From NCBI RefSeq assembly GCF_001194135.2, contig NC_068985.1, positions 119,755,234 through 119,797,859 on the forward strand: a DNA stretch of 42,626 bases, in the 5' to 3' direction. Within the stretch, counting starts at the first letter, position 1, and every line of letters starts with the position of its first letter. Origin of the DNA: Octopus bimaculoides (Eukaryota). A program made the translations under genes and the position numbers. Shown here in pieces: positions 37,101 to 42,626 of this stretch. The notes under the pieces are model-generated. The model had not been told where the DNA came from, ran no database searches, and saw nothing but the letters and a program-made list of their open reading frames with translations.

Positions 37101-38002
37101 CTTTAAAATTTAATTAGATAGAGTTAGTTCCGTAATGGTAAGGGTTGATATGTAGCCTTCAAGTGAATAATGATAATCAAAAGTATCAATAAATTATAGA
37201 TGTACTTCTAACAAACATGCATTCGTTTGCACACAAGCACAAACGCATATCAATTCTAATACACACACACACATATAAATATAAAGATATATATATGCAT
37301 GTATAAGTACGTGTACACACACACACATACACACACGTAGACACATACATTTGGGGAGAGTGCGTATAAGAAGTCTTCAGTACACAAAAGTTTCAATGCA
37401 GGTAGAAACGCTAAATGTTTATTTAAACGAAAGGAGAACGATTGTTAATTTGAAGTTTCTCAGGCAGCAGGTCGTCAAACTGAATTCCAATCATATCAGG
37501 AAATATCGATACCCTTAGGTATATTAAGGGCGCTTTCATGTGTACGATATATTGAATTCCTCTCGGAGGAAATAAGTAATATATGCAAAAAAAAAAAAGA
37601 TGATATTACTAGAAGGAAATAATGATACAAGAAAACTTTGCTACACTCGAGAAAGATTGAAGACCTACAATCAGAATTAAATATATGACGCTATGTACTA
37701 TCCTCTGGATTGCTAAAAGGTTGAAGCAGAATCCGTTAATCATGGATTTATTTCTCATTCGAATGAGGAGAACTTTATCAACGAATTTTACAGTATTATA
37801 TCATAAGATAATTCCTACATTGACAAAATTATTCTCGTTGTTATGTAGTAAATATAAGCAAATTATTGTTTTCATAAACATTTTTAAAGAATCCAATATG
37901 CGGCATTACACGCTGTCATATAAACTGCCAGAAATGGCAATTGAATCTCCTCAAACTCTTAACATAGGACAATAGAAACAAACACAAATTGTTTAATATG
38001 TT

Positions 38003-38046
<44 letters not shown>

Positions 38047-38055
38047 CATACACAA

Positions 38056-38087
<32 letters not shown>

Positions 38088-40115
38088 NNNNNNNNNNNNN
38101 NNNNNNNNNNNNNNNNNNNNNNNNNNNNNNNNNNNNNNNNNNNNNNNNNNNNNNNNNNNNNNNNNNNNNNNNNNNNNNNNNNNNNNNNNNNNNNNNNNNN
38201 NNNNNNNNNNNNNNNNNNNNNNNNNNNNNNNNNNNNNNNNNNNNNNNNNNNNNNNNNNNNNNNNNNNNNNNNNNNNNNNNNNNNNNNNNNNNNNNNNNNN
38301 NNNNNNNNNNNNNNNNNNNNNNNNNNNNNNNNNNNNNNNNNNNNNNNNNNNNNNNNNNNNNNNNNNNNNNNNNNNNNNNNNNNNNNNNNNNNNNNNNNNN
38401 NNNNNNNNNNNNNNNNNNNNNNNNNNNNNNNNNNNNNNNNNNNNNNNNNNNNNNNNNNNNNNNNNNNNNNNNNNNNNNNNNNNNNNNNNNNNNNNNNNNN
38501 NNNNNNNNNNNNNNNNNNNNNNNNNNNNNNNNNNNNNNNNNNNNNNNNNNNNNNNNNNNNNNNNNNNNNNNNNNNNNNNNNNNNNNNNNNNNNNNNNNNN
38601 NNNNNNNNNNNNNNNNNNNNNNNNNNNNNNNNNNNNNNNNNNNNNNNNNNNNNNNNNNNNNNNNNNNNNNNNNNNNNNNNNNNNNNNNNNNNNNNNNNNN
38701 NNNNNNNNNNNNNNNNNNNNNNNNNNNNNNNNNNNNNNNNNNNNNNNNNNNNNNNNATATATATAAAACAAAGTAAAATTGGAGGATACCGCTCGAGTGA
38801 AAATATATAAGTAAGAGGATTTGAAAATGCAGCGGTCTTTTAAAGATGTTTATTGACTTGGCCGGTTTCACTTTTATAAAAAAAAAAATTTCAAAAGTAA
38901 AATGCACGACTTTGTGTAGCCTTTGTGGTGTTTAAAATAGTTGACATAGATGTATTAAAATACACTGATAGAGTCTTTGACAATGATGAGAAAATGTTAA
39001 GAGGGGCCTTGTGCTTAAACAATTTGCATAAAAGTGTTCAAAATAGGTAGTAAAATAAATTCTTCATTATTTATAAGTACATCAAAAATCATGATTGTAT
39101 ATAAGCATATATACAGAAAGAATTTGTAGGCAGTATTTGATACTATGAGTCAAAACATTATCCGGAATCATATTTAAATATTTATATTTTCTACCTTGAC
39201 TTTTTTCCTTATATACAAATATACAAATATATATACATATATATACAAATATATATACATATATATATATACATATATACAAATATATGTATCTGCTTTT
39301 ATTGCTTTACTTGTGTTTCAGTCTGCTGGAAGACCTCCTTGAAGGGTTTTTAGTCAAACAAATGGACCCCCCAAGGCTTATATATAAGCCTAGTGCTTAT
39401 TTTATCGGATGCTTTTTGCTGAACCGCTAAGTTATGGTGACTAACATACCGGTTGTCAAGCGCTGATGGGAGTACAAACTGACACAAATAAAACACACAT
39501 ACACACACACACACNNNNNNNNNNNNNNNNNNNNNNNNNNNNNNNNNNNNNNNNNNNNNNNNNNNNNNNNNNNNNNNNNNNNNNNNNNNNNNNNNNNNNN
39601 NNNNNNNNNNNNNNNNNNNNNNNNNNNNNNNNNNNNNNNNNNNNNNNNNNNNNNNNNNNNNNNNNNNNNNNNNNNNNNNNNNNNNNNNNNNNNNNNNNNN
39701 NNNNNNNNNNNNNNNNNNNNNNNNNNNNNNNNNNNNNNNNNNNNNNNNNNNNNNNNNNNNNNNNNNNNNNNNNNNNNNNNNNNNNNNNNNNNNNNNNNNN
39801 NNNNNNNNNNNNNNNNNNNNNNNNNNNNNNNNNNNNNNNNNNNNNNNNNNNNNNNNNNNNNNNNNNNNNNNNNNNNNNNNNNNNNNNNNNNNNNNNNNNN
39901 NNNNNNNNNNNNNNNNNNNNNNNNNNNNNNNNNNNNNNNNNNNNNNNNNNNNNNNNNNNNNNNNNNNNNNNNNNNNNNNNNNNNNNNNNNNNNNNNNNNN
40001 NNNNNNNNNNNNNNNNNNNNNNNNNNNNNNNNNNNNNNNNNNNNNNNNNNNNNNNNNNNNNNNNNNNNNNNNNNNNNNNNNNNNNNNNNNNNNNNNNNNN
40101 NNNNNNNNNNNNNNN

Positions 40116-40162
<47 letters not shown>

Positions 40163-41618
40163 GAGAGTCTCCCAAAAATGTATACACACTTTAAATAGTT
40201 GTAAAGTAGGTGTTTATTAAAACACATTTCATTTTCAAAGTTTTAATAGAACATACAGACATTATTTTATTGCCTTGTCAACGCCCGTTTTCAAGCTGAC
40301 GTCTGTTCTGGTCCAGGCATTGCTAACAACGCGAAGCAATGGAATCGCAAGCATCACGTAACAATTCGTTTGGTATTTGTGTGCTTCTCGTTCAATAGTT
40401 GCTCTCAAATCAGCGACTGTTGCAGGTTTCATAGCGTAGACTTTGTTTTTAGGTATCCCCATAAGAAAGTTTAGTGGTGTGAAGTCTGCTGAACACTGAG
40501 AGTATTCAACGAAACCTCCTCGTCCAAACCACTTGTTTGGCAAAATCGCGATGCTAGTGTGGGGGTGCCCCATCTTGCCGAAAATAAAGCTCCTCATCTT
40601 CAAAGCCTTCTCTAATGCTTTGCATGACAGACTGTTGCAGCAAGTTCAAGTAAACGTGACCAGTCACAGTAGCGTCAAGAAAGAACGGTTTGATTAATCC
40701 TCATGATGATAAGCCATACCACACTGTAACTCCTGGTAAATCAACATGGTGTTCCAGCATAACATGCGGATTCTAAGGTCCCTAGTAGGTGAAATTGTGG
40801 GGGTTAATTGAACTATTTAATTTGAATGTAGCCTCATCACTCCACACAATCTTTGTTGGAAAGTGTGCACCTTCTGTAGATCGTGGCAAGTACCACTCGC
40901 AATACTGCACTCTTCGGTTTGGATCATCGTCATTAATAGCACGGACTAATCTTGGAACGTAAGTTCTCTGTTGACAACGCTTCAAAAAGCGTTGGACAAA
41001 CGATTTTGAAATACCTGCCTCACAACTCGCTTGCCGCACAGATTTTCTTGAACTTTGGTGACATGTCTCCAGCACATCTTCTTGGTTTGTGGGGGTTGTC
41101 GATGTTCGTGTTTTTCCGGAAAGCTTCTCGTGGACATTCTGATGAGTTCCATTGGCTTCAAACTTATCTCTAATTCGAGTGATGGTAAGTCGCGTAGGTA
41201 ACTACCTTTGGAACGTAAGCAGCAGGCTAATTGACTTACAGTTCGATTATTCATACTTTCTCATTGGTATAGATACGGAGAAGAAATTAAGAATATAGCT
41301 TTAGCTTGCAGCAAACCTGAAAATTGTTATTACGCTTTTGTCTAAGAATCTTCGAAATAGCTGCAGACTTGTATAATACCTATGTATATGTTATCTCTCA
41401 GTCAAGAAATATTTAATCTGTTAGAAACCCCCTCCTAAACTGTATTTCCACTTCAACTGCGTTTTCACACTTCCAGTAGCATTTTAGAATGAATTTTCTT
41501 TGTTCAAAGCTTAGACTGACTACCATCATTAATTCCAATGGGTTTAATCTAGAAAGAATAAACATTAATTGAGTTATAAGCTGTTAAAGTGTGTACACAT
41601 TATTTTAGAGACACCCTG
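40163..41618 (-). mobile_element. Near-full-length decayed Tc1/mariner transposon, DD41D (rosa/Visitor)-like
   Basis: Imperfect TIRs (CAGGGTGTCTCTAAAATAATGTGTACACACTTT versus GAGAGTCTCCCAAAAATGTATACACACTTT) flanked by TA. Transposase fragments: [70 protein letters not shown]. Confidence 0.9.
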
Positions 41619-42318
41619 TATATATATGATAATTGTTATAAAGATATCTTTTTTCTGTCAGCTGATGATGGTACTACACCAATAAATTTAATCGCTTTAA
41701 GTGCTAAACATAATAACATGTGTCCCGTATAAAGTTCTATATTAATACAGTAGAGTTTATTTGATCGCAAGTAAATTATTAAAAAAGAAATTAAGGCAGC
41801 GGGCTGGAAAAACCGTTCAGTCATCGAACAAAATGTTTAGCGGCATTTCTTTGAGTTGCCCACCGAAGTCAACTTTGCCTTTCAGCTTCAGTCAAGCACT
41901 GGTGTTGATATCATCGATTATTTATTCCCACCAAAACTGCTGACCTTGTGTCAAAATTTGATACTATTATAGGCGGCGAGCTAAAAAAATCGTGACTGCG
42001 ACGGACAAAATTTTTCGTCACCTTTCTTCTGGCTCTTTACATTCTGAGGCCAACGCGGCAGACTTCGATATTGCCTTTGATCCTTTTGAGGGCGATGAAA
42101 TTTGTATCAGTTGAATATTGTTTGACTATAACTGACTTCGCCCAATCTGTTCAAATTTCAGGATTGCTATTGTTTACGTATTAACAAATAAACTTAAATA
42201 CAAGGGCCAATAACACAAATTTCTTCTCCAAACACTGTTTCATTTATCTCATAAGCCAAAGAGTCATTGTTGGCATTTTAGTAATAAGCACACGGAATGA
42301 TATATCGCCACACATGCG

Positions 42319-42626
42319 GATTCCTGGATCACACATTGATTCTGATTCCTGAATCACACATTGATTTTGATTCCTGGATCACACATTGATTCTGATTCCT
42401 GAATCACACATTGATTCTGATTCCTGGATCACACATTGATTCTGATTCCTGGATCACACATTGATTCTGATTCCTGGATCACACATTGATTCTGATTCCT
42501 GAATCACACATTGATTTTGATTCCTGGATCACACATTGATTTTGATTCCTAGATCACACATTGATTCTGATTCCTGGATCACACATTGATTCTGATTCCT
42601 GGATCACACATTGATTCTGATTCCTG
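42319..42626. repeat. 25-bp minisatellite, at least 12 copies, runs off the window end
   Basis: Unit GATTCCTGGATCACACATTGATTCT with recurring G/A and C/T variants. Confidence 0.97.

Noticed and set aside
42319-42626. CRISPR-like regular repeat
   Set aside because: No unique spacers, no cas genes, eukaryotic context; it is a minisatellite.

Overview
Repeat-saturated, AT-rich, gappy animal genomic DNA. The SINE families and microsatellite load point to an octopus genome; this is inference. I found no host protein-coding exon I can support, so the window is probably intronic or intergenic. Almost all long ORFs in the track are microsatellite or N-gap artefacts. Supported content: (1) three tRNA-headed SINE families in many copies; (2) decayed LINEs: an AT-rich L1/Tx1 RT fragment, three GC-rich Tx1 copies and two R4/Dong-type copies, one retaining its restriction-like endonuclease; (3) a near-full-length decayed DD41D-type Tc1/mariner; (4) a probable 2.5-kb non-autonomous Helitron; (5) a 25-bp minisatellite. 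The most unusual signal is not visible in the ORF track. Three sequence-unrelated foldback elements (6312-6909, 23276-23758, 26887-27524) each have GG...CC termini and an exact 8-bp target-site duplication, and two carry telomeric TTAGGG repeats in the loop. Also notable: all three intact R4/Dong junctions abut (TACA)n, an 82-bp near-perfect hairpin, and several short templated or retroposed insertions.
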